64,000 nt of DNA from a virus: the IMG/VR virus record IMGVR_UViG_3300017698_000036, positions 32,001-96,000 of that record; one strand, written 5' to 3'. This document shows, piece after piece, positions 20,342 through 30,080 of this stretch. Made by a program: the position numbers and the translations under genes. Position 1 is the first letter of the stretch, and the number at the start of each line of letters is the position of its first letter. The notes under the pieces are model-generated. The model was not told where the DNA came from and did no database searches. It saw only the letters and a list, made by a program, of their open reading frames with translations.

Positions 20342-21298
20342 ATGTTGAATAAGAAAGAACTCAAGCAGCTCAAAGAATCTGGAAAGTTAAAAGAGTTTTG
20401 CAAAACTGTTGTGGAAAGACTTATATCTGAGGGCTCCGAAGAGAAGCTTGCTAGGTTTAAGGACTTTTTGAGAAAACAAAGAAATCCATACAGTAAGGTA
20501 GATACAGGTAAAGAGACTCCATTAGATCTTGACTTAGATCCGGGAGCATTTAGTACCGAACAACCTGGAGACTATACTCCCGAAGAAGATCCTATGGATT
20601 TGGATGTCTTACGACAAAAGTATGCCCCTGCAAAAGTGTCAGAACCAGAAGATCTACCTTTCGAGTTGGATTCTAAATTAGACGCTGGTGTTTTCGATCC
20701 TTATAGTGAAGAAGATTATAACGATACGGTTGTTACAGGTCGACCATCCCCGGCCATCGCCACAGATGATGAAGAGGTAACTAAACCCGGTATTAAAAGA
20801 GGCCGTAGAGAGTTAGGTCCCGACTCATTCAGAACTATGGAGGAGTTGGACAATATGGAAAGACAGGATCTTAAAGGAAGAAGAGAGATGAGAGAGAGTG
20901 TATATAGAGTTTATGGTGATGAGATGATTGAGGTCGAGGCCTCCAACCTACAAGATGCCGCAGTACAGGCCAACGATTCTTTGGGAGAAGAGTACTGGGA
21001 GTATATTTCAGACGAGAATGAAACTGAGATTCTTACTGCAGATGACTATTATAACTCCATGGACAGTTATGATTACAACTCTGATGAAGAATTTGGTTTT
21101 GATAAAGAGGCGGCTACCTTTGATACAGAAGATGATTATGTATATTCAGAATCTGACGACTATGATAGTGAAGAGATATTCGAAGGTTTTTATAACAAAC
21201 GCCTAAGGGACGGAGTCGCATTGTGGGAAGTTCAAGAGAAGCAGACTCTGGATGACTGGGGTAAGTACTGGTCCGATAGAAAAGATAAAAAAAACTAA
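20342..21298 (+). CDS. Highly acidic protein, candidate internal head protein
   Basis: AGGAG SD; D/E-rich; several [LI]-x-E motifs near the N-terminus (LKE, ISE). Confidence 0.5.
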   Translation: MLNKKELKQLKESGKLKEFCKTVVERLISEGSEEKLARFKDFLRKQRNPYSKVDTGKETPLDLDLDPGAFSTEQPGDYTPEEDPMDLDVLRQKYAPAKVSEPEDLPFELDSKLDAGVFDPYSEEDYNDTVVTGRPSPAIATDDEEVTKPGIKRGRRELGPDSFRTMEELDNMERQDLKGRREMRESVYRVYGDEMIEVEASNLQDAAVQANDSLGEEYWEYISDENETEILTADDYYNSMDSYDYNSDEEFGFDKEAATFDTEDDYVYSESDDYDSEEIFEGFYNKRLRDGVALWEVQEKQTLDDWGKYWSDRKDKKN

Positions 21299-21338
21299 TC
21301 AATTAAAAAATAATGAAAAATAAAATCTAAATGGGTGC

Positions 21339-21653
21339 GTGATGAGTTTAATAGCCTTTATACTTGTATGTTATGGTATGACACAAATATTAACTGTAGG
21401 ATATATCTTTAATAAGATACGACCCGACTATAAGATGTTTCACTGCAGCATGTGTATGGGATATCATGTCGGTTGGATCGTTTATCTAAGTCTTTATATG
21501 TTTGCATCAATATCAATGTTCTCGGTACCATTATGGTTGGGTATGTTTTATAGTGGGTGCATAAGTTCAGGAACTTCATATTTTCTACAATCAACTATCA
21601 GTGATCTGGGAATTCGAATAATTAATAACATCGAGGAGAGGAAACATGATTAA
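21339..21653 (+). CDS. Small membrane protein, DUF1360-like
   Basis: Hydrophobic helices flanking CSMCMGYHVGW; the ORF-track start at 21339 is GTG and ATG at 21342 is an alternative. Confidence 0.55.
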   Translation: MMSLIAFILVCYGMTQILTVGYIFNKIRPDYKMFHCSMCMGYHVGWIVYLSLYMFASISMFSVPLWLGMFYSGCISSGTSYFLQSTISDLGIRIINNIEERKHD

Positions 21654-21702
21654 AAAAAGATGGATGATACAACCAGTACGTAGATGTTGTGGTGGTTCTT
21701 AA
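21646..21702 (+). CDS. 18-aa micro-ORF MIKKRWMIQPVRRCCGGS
   Basis: GAGGAGAGG SD upstream; ATG overlaps the end of the previous gene; below the ORF-track cutoff. Confidence 0.5.
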   Translation: MIKKRWMIQPVRRCCGGS

Positions 21703-21726
21703 CTTAAAATTGGTGGAAATATTATA

Positions 21727-24108
21727 ATGACTACAGACAATAAAGTACTTCTTAAAGAATATACTACAGGTGAGTTTAGGTTTGGGTTTGAACTGGAGGG
21801 TTTCCTTGAAGGTCTACTCGAAGGAGATGAGTACGGAACCCCAGAGTTCGATGAAGAGGCCTTTTTTGAGGTCTATGAAGAGTTAGAGGGTACGGTGTAT
21901 GTGGAGGATGTTATACCTGAGCTGGACGATGATGAGGTGACGAGAGCTTATTGGGACAATATCGATCTAGATGAGTCCAACTTTAAAATCGCCAAATATA
22001 GTCATGACGATATGGATAACTTGGAAGAGTTGGAATTTTATTGGGTAACCGATGAACACAAGAATGATTTCGTGGCAGAAGGAGCCGAATTTCTGGGAGA
22101 GTTCGAGGACAACTTGAATGAGTATGGCGAGTTATCCGAGTCTGTACAAGATTTGGTGCGTTCTGGGACTGTAGTTTTGTTCTCCGCCTCCAGAAGTACT
22201 TCGTACAAGGATGGTACATGGTCTCAGGATAAGGATGGGTGGTATTGGTCCACTGAGACTCAAATAATGTGTTCTGAAGATGAACGCAATATGTTGGATG
22301 AACGAGGTAATGTCGATAGTGATTTCATGGAAGACATCCTTCAAGATCCAGATATGATGGGGCAACTATCTCAGGAGAATGGTCATATAATTGATCAAGG
22401 TGTAAGGGATAGGATTGGAGATAGTGGAACTTTGTATGATAGGGTTTATGTTACTCCTAGGGTTGATTATGAAGAGATGCAACCGACCGACTTCTATCAA
22501 ACACAAGAACTGAAAGACTCATTGGAGGATTTGTTTGATTCTGATGAGGTGTACAAGGGAGAGCCTGAGGTAACTACCGACTCATCTTTGGAACCAAACA
22601 ACCCCACGGATATGCCATTCGAACTTAATTCACAAGTTCTGTATTTTAAACCTTCTACATTGTCAAAACTTGGTAATTGGTTGTATGGTATTCAAAGAGA
22701 GTATGATTTTTATGTAAATGAAACATGTGGATTTCATACTCACCTCTCATGGCCAGACATAAACAGAATTGATATGTTGTGGATTTTAATGAATTTGTAT
22801 AATGATGAAAAAACTATGAGTTATATAGAGGGCATTAAGAATGAAGAAGGGGGAATCCGCGGAATAGATTTCTTGAATAGAGTCTACGCCAATAAACGAC
22901 ATTTATACAAGATAGAAAGTATGTTTAGTAATCAAGATTTAACTCCAGAACAAAGACTACAGTATTTATATGATCAAACGGACACAGAGAAGTATGATTT
23001 TATGAATATTCATAATCAGGGTACTTTGGAGTGGAGGGGCCCCCGCGGGTTCATCAAACCAAACGACGTAGAGGATATTGTAGAGTATTTAAAACGTCTA
23101 TATGTACTTGTTATGAAGATGGGCCAATATCTTAAGAATGATGAGCTCAATGGTATTGGTAAACGTGAATTTTATATATTCATGTATGACAAAATTAAAA
23201 GTACACGTGGAGATGTCCCAGCAGAACCAGACAGAAAGTGGACAACAACAGGTCACAAAAGATTAAGTAGAAGTAGACTCGATAGATACCTCACTGATAT
23301 TACAAAATTAGGTCTTAAGTCCACTGATAATCCTGAGAAGATGATCAGTTTGTATAATAAGATGTATGATATTGTGGCTAAGAAAGGTCTTTGGAAGTTT
23401 AATAGAGCTTTCGAGAAGGGGGTAATGCAAAAGGGGGATATGTCCGACGATGCAAAGGCCGATTTTGTATTAAACGCACACAATAAGGGTTCTCGTTACT
23501 TATACGTAACAGAGTTCTTAAAATATATAGCCGGTCTCAATATTGATTGGCGTAAACATGATAAGTTATTTAACGTTATCATGGATGAGTTTTTGAAATC
23601 CAAAGAGAGTAACTATGACGTAGTACTCAATGCGGTGAATTCATTTATGCACTCGGACACAACAACTCCTAAACAGAAAAAGAAGGCCTTCGACAATGTC
23701 ATGCATGCTGTTAAGGGGTGGAATAGATATAACATAGAGCCAATTGATGTAATAAACTCATGGGGCAAGTTCGTTGGCGTAAGTCCAGAACAGGCAGAAG
23801 CTCCCGTTGAAGATCCCCACAGACGTACGAACTCCAGGATTATTCCCCCCCTTAGAGAAAACATTCAACCTTCGGACTTACAACATAAGTTAGACGAGTT
23901 GGAGACTTTCTACAGTGTACACTTGGACGAGATGGATGATGTAGACGATCAGATGATGTATGAGTTTATCGAGTCTGTGGAAAAAAACGATCAAGAAACA
24001 TTTGAAAGGCTGAGGGGAAATGTCGCAGATATAATTAAAGAATATGCTGAATCAACTTGGGAGTTTGACTTAAGGTTGAGTGTAATACCGGACATTTTGG
24101 AGAACTAA
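21727..24108 (+). CDS. Putative amidoligase (COOH-NH2 ligase type 2) with a large acidic insertion
   Basis: FGFELEG, TDSSL, FELNS, TCGFHTHLS and KY..MN...GTLEWRG motifs. Confidence 0.7.
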   Translation: MTTDNKVLLKEYTTGEFRFGFELEGFLEGLLEGDEYGTPEFDEEAFFEVYEELEGTVYVEDVIPELDDDEVTRAYWDNIDLDESNFKIAKYSHDDMDNLEELEFYWVTDEHKNDFVAEGAEFLGEFEDNLNEYGELSESVQDLVRSGTVVLFSASRSTSYKDGTWSQDKDGWYWSTETQIMCSEDERNMLDERGNVDSDFMEDILQDPDMMGQLSQENGHIIDQGVRDRIGDSGTLYDRVYVTPRVDYEEMQPTDFYQTQELKDSLEDLFDSDEVYKGEPEVTTDSSLEPNNPTDMPFELNSQVLYFKPSTLSKLGNWLYGIQREYDFYVNETCGFHTHLSWPDINRIDMLWILMNLYNDEKTMSYIEGIKNEEGGIRGIDFLNRVYANKRHLYKIESMFSNQDLTPEQRLQYLYDQTDTEKYDFMNIHNQGTLEWRGPRGFIKPNDVEDIVEYLKRLYVLVMKMGQYLKNDELNGIGKREFYIFMYDKIKSTRGDVPAEPDRKWTTTGHKRLSRSRLDRYLTDITKLGLKSTDNPEKMISLYNKMYDIVAKKGLWKFNRAFEKGVMQKGDMSDDAKADFVLNAHNKGSRYLYVTEFLKYIAGLNIDWRKHDKLFNVIMDEFLKSKESNYDVVLNAVNSFMHSDTTTPKQKKKAFDNVMHAVKGWNRYNIEPIDVINSWGKFVGVSPEQAEAPVEDPHRRTNSRIIPPLRENIQPSDLQHKLDELETFYSVHLDEMDDVDDQMMYEFIESVEKNDQETFERLRGNVADIIKEYAESTWEFDLRLSVIPDILEN

Positions 24109-24110
24109 AT

Positions 24111-25898
24111 ATGAAAAATAGAAAAAGTGGACAACTTCTTATTGAACACATGGGTAGAATGAAACCTATCCATAAGGGTAATTTAGAATCCAAAAACCTA
24201 CAAGAGAGTATCAAGGTAGAGAACTTTTTAACAGAGTCAGAAATGAAGGGCGTAAGGGAGAATGGAGATCTCTATTTGGTAGGTATCATACAGGCTGCAG
24301 ACACCCTTAACGGTAACGGTAGGATATATCCCAGACCCATTCTAGAAAAAGAAGTCGCCAGATTTAAAAAGCAGGTTATAGGGGAGAACGGTGGATACGG
24401 TCATAATCAACATCCAGATTGTATAATTGAGACTGACAAACCAGAAATTCTTACAAAATATGGTTGGAAGAGAATTTCAGAAGTTAATGTTGGTGATTCC
24501 GTATATACATACAATACAAAGTCCGACAGTATGGAGTTGCAGAATACTACCAAGGTTGTGAATGAGTTTTATTCTGGGGATGTATATAACATCAAGGGTA
24601 AGAATATAGATCTAACAGTAACCCCTAATCATAGGTTTTATATGAAGGATAGAAAGGGTGAGGGTTATTTCGTAACGGCTGAAGATTTATATGATAATCA
24701 GACACGTCATGGTCATTCTAGTATACCAAAATTGGCCAACTGGGAAGGCGAACATCCAGAGTATTATGAAATACCGGCTCTAGATGATTCTTTTTACAAA
24801 CATAATCATCATATGTTCAAGCCGGAGTATAGAAGTCCACTGAAAATAAAGACGTCTATATTTACCAAGTTTTTAGGTATATGGTTGGCGGAAGGTCATG
24901 TTGGTAAAGATCATACAAGTAACAATAGTGTGACCATTACTCAAAATGAAGGAACCACGGCCAACAGGATAAGGGATCTGTTTAAAGAGTTGCCTTTTAG
25001 TGTGACGGAAAGGGTTAGGATGAATGAGTTTGGTAGTAAAAACATTCAATTTACATTCAATTCCCCACAATTGGCCAACTACTTAAGAGGTTTGGGGGAC
25101 GTGTATAGTAAGTATATACCTCATGATGTTAAACAATTGTCAACCAGTCTGTTAAGTGATTTATATGAATGGTACCATATGGGGGACGGAAGAACGGCAA
25201 ACGGTCAAAAGAACATATTCAGTATATCAGAAAAGATGATGGATGATTTTCAAGAAGTCCAACTTAAGATTCAAAAGACTGGTAATATAGTTAAAAGAAA
25301 GCCGGTTGATAGATATATAGGAAATAGGTTGATAGAGGCCAAAAATTCTAGATCATTACATATATTATATCATAATGTAACCAAGGGTATGTATTTACGT
25401 CCCGGAGTGGTTACCATAAGAAAGAAACGGTATGAGGGCAATGTTAGCTGTGTATCTGTTCCCAATTCCACCTTTTATTCCAGAGTAAATGGAAAGGTAG
25501 TGTTGACGGGAAATTCAGAAGATATCGACATAAGAGAAATATCTCACAGGATGGTTGATGTATGGTGGGACGGTAACAATGTGATGGGTAAGATTCAGGT
25601 ACTACATAACACCCCTGGCCAGGATCTAAGAAACCTAATTACTATGGATGGTATGAATCCCGGTATCTCTAGCAGGGCCGTCGGTTCTATTCATGAAGAT
25701 TATAATGGTAATACGATCGTAGAGGAAGATCTTAATATTATATGTTGGGATATGGTGGTTACCCCCTCTACTCCATCAGCATATATGATGCAAGAAACAT
25801 ATAACTCTAAGATGTATGAGTCCACAAATACAAAAACCGACGATCGCACCAAAGACGTGAGAGTTAAGTCACTTTTAGAGGACATAGTACGAGGTTAA
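24111..25898 (+). CDS. Prohead core protease (T4 gp21-like) interrupted by an intein
   Basis: IIQAADTLNGNGRIYPRPILEKEV, HPD, ISH and GISSRAVGS gp21 motifs. Confidence 0.92.
   Translation: MKNRKSGQLLIEHMGRMKPIHKGNLESKNLQESIKVENFLTESEMKGVRENGDLYLVGIIQAADTLNGNGRIYPRPILEKEVARFKKQVIGENGGYGHNQHPDCIIETDKPEILTKYGWKRISEVNVGDSVYTYNTKSDSMELQNTTKVVNEFYSGDVYNIKGKNIDLTVTPNHRFYMKDRKGEGYFVTAEDLYDNQTRHGHSSIPKLANWEGEHPEYYEIPALDDSFYKHNHHMFKPEYRSPLKIKTSIFTKFLGIWLAEGHVGKDHTSNNSVTITQNEGTTANRIRDLFKELPFSVTERVRMNEFGSKNIQFTFNSPQLANYLRGLGDVYSKYIPHDVKQLSTSLLSDLYEWYHMGDGRTANGQKNIFSISEKMMDDFQEVQLKIQKTGNIVKRKPVDRYIGNRLIEAKNSRSLHILYHNVTKGMYLRPGVVTIRKKRYEGNVSCVSVPNSTFYSRVNGKVVLTGNSEDIDIREISHRMVDVWWDGNNVMGKIQVLHNTPGQDLRNLITMDGMNPGISSRAVGSIHEDYNGNTIVEEDLNIICWDMVVTPSTPSAYMMQETYNSKMYESTNTKTDDRTKDVRVKSLLEDIVRG
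24420..25514 (+). mobile_element. Full-length intein with LAGLIDADG homing endonuclease (365 aa)
   Basis: Begins Cys (HPD|CIIET), ends VVLTGN|SEDI with +1 Ser; FLGIWLAEG and WYHMGDG LAGLIDADG motifs. Confidence 0.9.
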
Positions 25899-25899
25899 A

Positions 25900-26544
25900 A
25901 TGAGTAAATTGAGAAAGACGAAACCCGGCAGTAATCAAAACGACAAATTGAAGAAGGTTGTCAAAGAGGCCCTCACCGAAGTGTTGCTGGACAATGATGC
26001 TTTAGTAGAGATTATAAACTCCGTCACAAACCATGCGTTACAAAAACAGGCCGCCCTGCTGAAAGAGGCCATTGAGATAATTGATGAACGACTGGATGAG
26101 ATGAATGAGTCTGTAGACCGTAAGCTGGAAAAACAAACTGAAATGTTGTCTGAGTCTATTAGTGTGGGTCCCACAGGTGGATATGTAGGTGGAAATAGTG
26201 ATGAGGAAGTACATAAACAGTTTTTAATCAATGAACTAAAAGCTAAAGGTGTACCAGTGCAGGATGAGAGTGGTTACAGTCTCCGCGCCTCTACTGGTCG
26301 ACAGTCCAAACAACACGCTGGTAGTAAACAACAGAAAGCGGCCAGTTTGGTTAAACAGTCCTTAGGGGTCGATGTTTTTGCAGATATAGACGTAGGTAGA
26401 GTTGCGGGCAATCATCACATAGATGAGTCAGAAATAGCCCAAGCATATGGCGACACCACTCCTTATACACCAGAAGACGTGGAACAGATGAGTGGTGAGG
26501 GTGCATCGTACAGTATATCACCAGAAGAATTCGCACAGTTATAA
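25900..26544 (+). CDS. Hypothetical head-module protein
   Basis: 214-aa ORF between protease and bS21; helical N-half with LxE motifs. Confidence 0.6.
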   Translation: MSKLRKTKPGSNQNDKLKKVVKEALTEVLLDNDALVEIINSVTNHALQKQAALLKEAIEIIDERLDEMNESVDRKLEKQTEMLSESISVGPTGGYVGGNSDEEVHKQFLINELKAKGVPVQDESGYSLRASTGRQSKQHAGSKQQKAASLVKQSLGVDVFADIDVGRVAGNHHIDESEIAQAYGDTTPYTPEDVEQMSGEGASYSISPEEFAQL

Positions 26545-26559
26545 AAAAGGAAAATAGGT

Positions 26560-26787
26560 ATGAATAAACATCCAGTAACGGTTTCGGTAGAGAGAAGAAA
26601 AGACGAAGACAATGAAAGACTTATTCGTAGGTTTATGAAGAAGTTTAAACGAGAAGGAGTTCTTCAAGAGGTGATGGATAAACGATATCATGTTAAGCCA
26701 TCCATGAAGCGTAGACGTAAAAAGGAACGCGCCGAAAGAAGAAGAAAGTCAGAACAAAGAAAACGTGAGAAGGAGTCTCGTAGATAA
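26560..26787 (+). CDS. rpsU: Phage-encoded 30S ribosomal protein bS21
   Basis: ERLIRRFMKKFKREGVLQEVMDKRYHVKPSMKRRRKK is a bS21 signature; basic C-terminal helix. Confidence 0.88.
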   Translation: MNKHPVTVSVERRKDEDNERLIRRFMKKFKREGVLQEVMDKRYHVKPSMKRRRKKERAERRRKSEQRKREKESRR

Positions 26788-26889
26788 TATTTATTACCTG
26801 TATTTAATTTAAGATATGAAATATCAAATAGTCGATATTTAATATTAGTAATTCTACAGTAATATTATGTATTATGGAGAAAATAAAAT

Positions 26890-28071
26890 ATGATGAGTCT
26901 TATAGATAAAGCCATAGTCGACGCGAAAAACATTAAAGAGCTGGCTAATAAAAGTGCTGAGTTGAAGTTGTTGGAAAAGTTAGAACCGGTAAAAAAGACT
27001 ATCGCTCAAAAACTATTAGAACAGGAAGATTTTGGTTTAGACGATGAAGAGATGGAAGAGCTCCCTATGGACGATATCATGGGTGATATCGAAGGAGAGA
27101 TGGGTGGTCTAAATCCCGAAGAAGAAGGCTTTGTTGGAGAGATTCCTCAAGCTGCAACAGACGGAGAGAAGCTTTGTACCTGTGCTGGTGAAGATGAAAC
27201 CGGCAAGGGTGAAGAGGTTACTGTTACGTTGGATAAACTAGTTGACTTGGCTGAACAGGAACTTAAGAAATCCCTAAAAGCCGAAAAGGATCTTTTAGAG
27301 ACTATGACTGGTGGAGAAGTAGATACCGATGAAGAGGTAGACGTAGATCCAGTAGACGAGACCCTAAAGGAAGAGGATGAGGTGGTCTCATTGACGTTGG
27401 GTAAACTCACAGAGATCGTTTCAGCTATCACCGAAGAGCTCGTCTTCAATTACAAGTTTCAACCCACTGGCCATATAGGACGACCCAATGATATAGAGGT
27501 TGGAGAGTTTGAAGAACTTCAAAAAGTAATGGCCGCACTAGAAGAGTCTGTTGAAAGATTGAATGGTGAAAAATCAGGTTTGGTAGAAAAATATAATTCT
27601 TTAAAAGAGAAATATAATAAACTACATACTAAGGCTACTGAGAAACTTAAAGAGGCCACAGAGGAGCTTAAAGAATCCCGCGGCACAATCAAAAGAGAGA
27701 CACGTGAAGTGGAAGAGTTAAAACTGGAAAATGTTAAACTTACCGCAATCAATAAAGTGTTAACTAATAAAAAATTAAACGAAAAACAGAAAGGTAACAT
27801 AGTTAGTGTAATAAAAGACTCTATGACCGTTAGAGAGGTCAAGATGAACTTTAATACGGCAATGAAGCTCGTAGAAAATGTGGACGCAAAACGTAACTTA
27901 TCTAATAGACGTGGTCGAGTAAGTAAAGCCACTCTGAGTGAAATTAAAGCAACCATGAGCAAGAAAGGAAATATTGTTGAAAGTTCGAACACTAAAAAAG
28001 AGTCTTCTAATAGTATTTTAGGTCCTAATGAAAGAACATTACGTATGGCCGGAATACAGTTGGACGATTAA
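26890..28071 (+). CDS. Prohead core/scaffold protein (gp22-like)
   Basis: Acidic, long coiled coil, many [LI]xE sites; immediately upstream of MCP. Confidence 0.8.
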   Translation: MMSLIDKAIVDAKNIKELANKSAELKLLEKLEPVKKTIAQKLLEQEDFGLDDEEMEELPMDDIMGDIEGEMGGLNPEEEGFVGEIPQAATDGEKLCTCAGEDETGKGEEVTVTLDKLVDLAEQELKKSLKAEKDLLETMTGGEVDTDEEVDVDPVDETLKEEDEVVSLTLGKLTEIVSAITEELVFNYKFQPTGHIGRPNDIEVGEFEELQKVMAALEESVERLNGEKSGLVEKYNSLKEKYNKLHTKATEKLKEATEELKESRGTIKRETREVEELKLENVKLTAINKVLTNKKLNEKQKGNIVSVIKDSMTVREVKMNFNTAMKLVENVDAKRNLSNRRGRVSKATLSEIKATMSKKGNIVESSNTKKESSNSILGPNERTLRMAGIQLDD

Positions 28072-28119
28072 TAATAGTATTTAAAATTTAACTTTTTTTG
28101 TTTATGGAGAATAAAAAAT

Positions 28120-29898
28120 ATGTCTATTGTAAAACAACTTATGGAAAACAGAGTATCTCCGGTCAAAAGAAATGATCGTGAAACTGCTCGTAAAATGAAA
28201 AAATGGACCAAGACTGGTCTTTTAAAAGGTATTAAGGATGAGCAAGCTGTAAAGAATCTCGCTGTTCTCTTGGAGAATCAAGCCGAGTCTCTTATTACAG
28301 AAGCTTCCACAATGTCTGATGGTGCTGTTGAAGGTTTTGCCTCTGTAGCATTCCCCCTTGTACGAAGAATCTTTGGAGCTCTCATTGCTGACAGTATCGT
28401 ATCTGTTCAACCTATGAGCCTCCCCGCAGGTCTGGTATTCTTCCTTGACTTTACTTATACTGATACTAAACTTGGATATACCGCAGGTAAATCCGTGTAT
28501 GGTGGTGAAGTAGTTGGTGCAGGAATCGCCGGTGGTGTTGACCTCGATAATGATAATGGTTTCTATAACCTTAATACTGGTTACAGTTCTCCTGAATGGG
28601 TAGCTGAAAACGTAGCCGATATCGTATCCGCAGGTACTCTTGCTGACGATCAATTCCAAAATGTAGACTTCACCAACGGTGGAGCCGGCCCTTTCACAAG
28701 AGCCCAAATTATCACCAACGCTGATCAAGCTGACGTAGATTACGACGAAGACATTCTCACTGATGACGGTACTTGGTACTACAACAAATATGCTATTAGA
28801 CTTGCTACCACTGAGTGGGATAGAGTACAGTTTGATAATCTCGTATCTATGTTGTTTGCAGATCCTACCGCAGGAGCAAGTCTCTTTGGTGCAACAGCTG
28901 AAGTAGTTAGACGACTTAGTGACGTTACTAGTACTACTAACAGAACTATTAAGTTCTTAGTAAGAGCTACTAACATTGCTCATGTACCTATCTCTACAGC
29001 CAGTACAAAAGCTATTAACTGGGAATTCACAGTTAACGACAAGTATAAAGAAGGTACAAGTCTCGGTACAATCCTCGGTGAAGATTGGCACTTAGAGGGT
29101 CCAGATACCAGAACATCTGGTGCTGGATATGAAGATATGGCAGAGCTTGACATTAAGATCAACTCCCTGCCTATCGTAGCTCAAACCAAAAAACTTAAAG
29201 CTAAGTGGACCCCTGAATTGGGACAAGACCTCAACGCTTATCATAATGTAGATGCAGAAGTAGAACTTACTGGTATCCTCTCCGAACATATCGCTCTTGA
29301 GATCGATAGAGAGATTATCCTTGACTTAGTTAAGGGTGCAACAGCAGGTACTTATTTCTGGAACCGTAATCCTGGTAACTTTGTTAACAAGACTACTGGT
29401 GTTCTCATTACTGGCGCAACTGCTCCTGACTTTACCGGTAACGTATCTGAATGGTACGAAACTTTGCTTGAAACCATTAATGACCTCTCTGCAGTTATCT
29501 ACAGAAAGACTCTTAAGGGTGGGGCTAACTTCCTCGTATGTGGTCCCGAAGTATGTTCCTTGCTTGAAATGACCAACGGATTCCGCGCACAACCCATGGG
29601 TCCAGATGTAGCTACTACTTCTGCTGGTGTTGTTAAAGCTGGTTCTATTACTAAAAAATGGGATATCTATGTTGATGTATACTTCCCCAGAAACCTTATC
29701 CTTGTAGGAAGAAAAGGAAATTCTTTCTTAGAATCAGGTTATGTGTATTCTCCATATGTACCTCTTCAAGTCACCCCCACAATCTTTGGTACCGAGGATA
29801 TGACACCTAGGAAAGGTGTGATGACTCGATATGCTAAGAAAATGGTCAAGCCTGACATGTACGGTCTCGTTCGTGTAATCAACCTTATCCAAAAGTAA
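28120..29898 (+). CDS. Major capsid protein (T4 gp23-like)
   Basis: FPLVRRIF...SVQPMSLPAGLVFFLD, KKLKAKWTPELGQDL...EIDREI, YSPYVPL and PRKGVMTRY; probable maturation site LITE/AS. Confidence 0.95.
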   Translation: MSIVKQLMENRVSPVKRNDRETARKMKKWTKTGLLKGIKDEQAVKNLAVLLENQAESLITEASTMSDGAVEGFASVAFPLVRRIFGALIADSIVSVQPMSLPAGLVFFLDFTYTDTKLGYTAGKSVYGGEVVGAGIAGGVDLDNDNGFYNLNTGYSSPEWVAENVADIVSAGTLADDQFQNVDFTNGGAGPFTRAQIITNADQADVDYDEDILTDDGTWYYNKYAIRLATTEWDRVQFDNLVSMLFADPTAGASLFGATAEVVRRLSDVTSTTNRTIKFLVRATNIAHVPISTASTKAINWEFTVNDKYKEGTSLGTILGEDWHLEGPDTRTSGAGYEDMAELDIKINSLPIVAQTKKLKAKWTPELGQDLNAYHNVDAEVELTGILSEHIALEIDREIILDLVKGATAGTYFWNRNPGNFVNKTTGVLITGATAPDFTGNVSEWYETLLETINDLSAVIYRKTLKGGANFLVCGPEVCSLLEMTNGFRAQPMGPDVATTSAGVVKAGSITKKWDIYVDVYFPRNLILVGRKGNSFLESGYVYSPYVPLQVTPTIFGTEDMTPRKGVMTRYAKKMVKPDMYGLVRVINLIQK

Positions 29899-29915
29899 TC
29901 ATTAGAATTTAGATT

Positions 29916-29940
29916 GTGGGAGGTTTCCTCCCACTTCTAT
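29916..29940 (+). terminator. Intrinsic terminator after MCP
   Basis: GTGGGAGG-TTT-CCTCCCAC 8-bp hairpin followed by TTCTAT. Confidence 0.7.
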
Positions 29941-30011
29941 CTCCATCCTTTCAATATAACAATACAGTATAATTTACATGGGGTTTAAACGATGTATAGG
30001 TCTATTTGTCA

Positions 30012-30040
30012 TTGACTTTATCCAATAAATGTGCTATAAC
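30012..30040 (+). promoter_or_regulatory. sigma70-type promoter for the homing endonuclease
   Basis: TTGACT, 17 nt, TATAAC with TGn extended -10. Confidence 0.7.
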
Positions 30041-30080
30041 CACTATATAGGATATTAATTTTTTGATTAAGGAGTTATAA

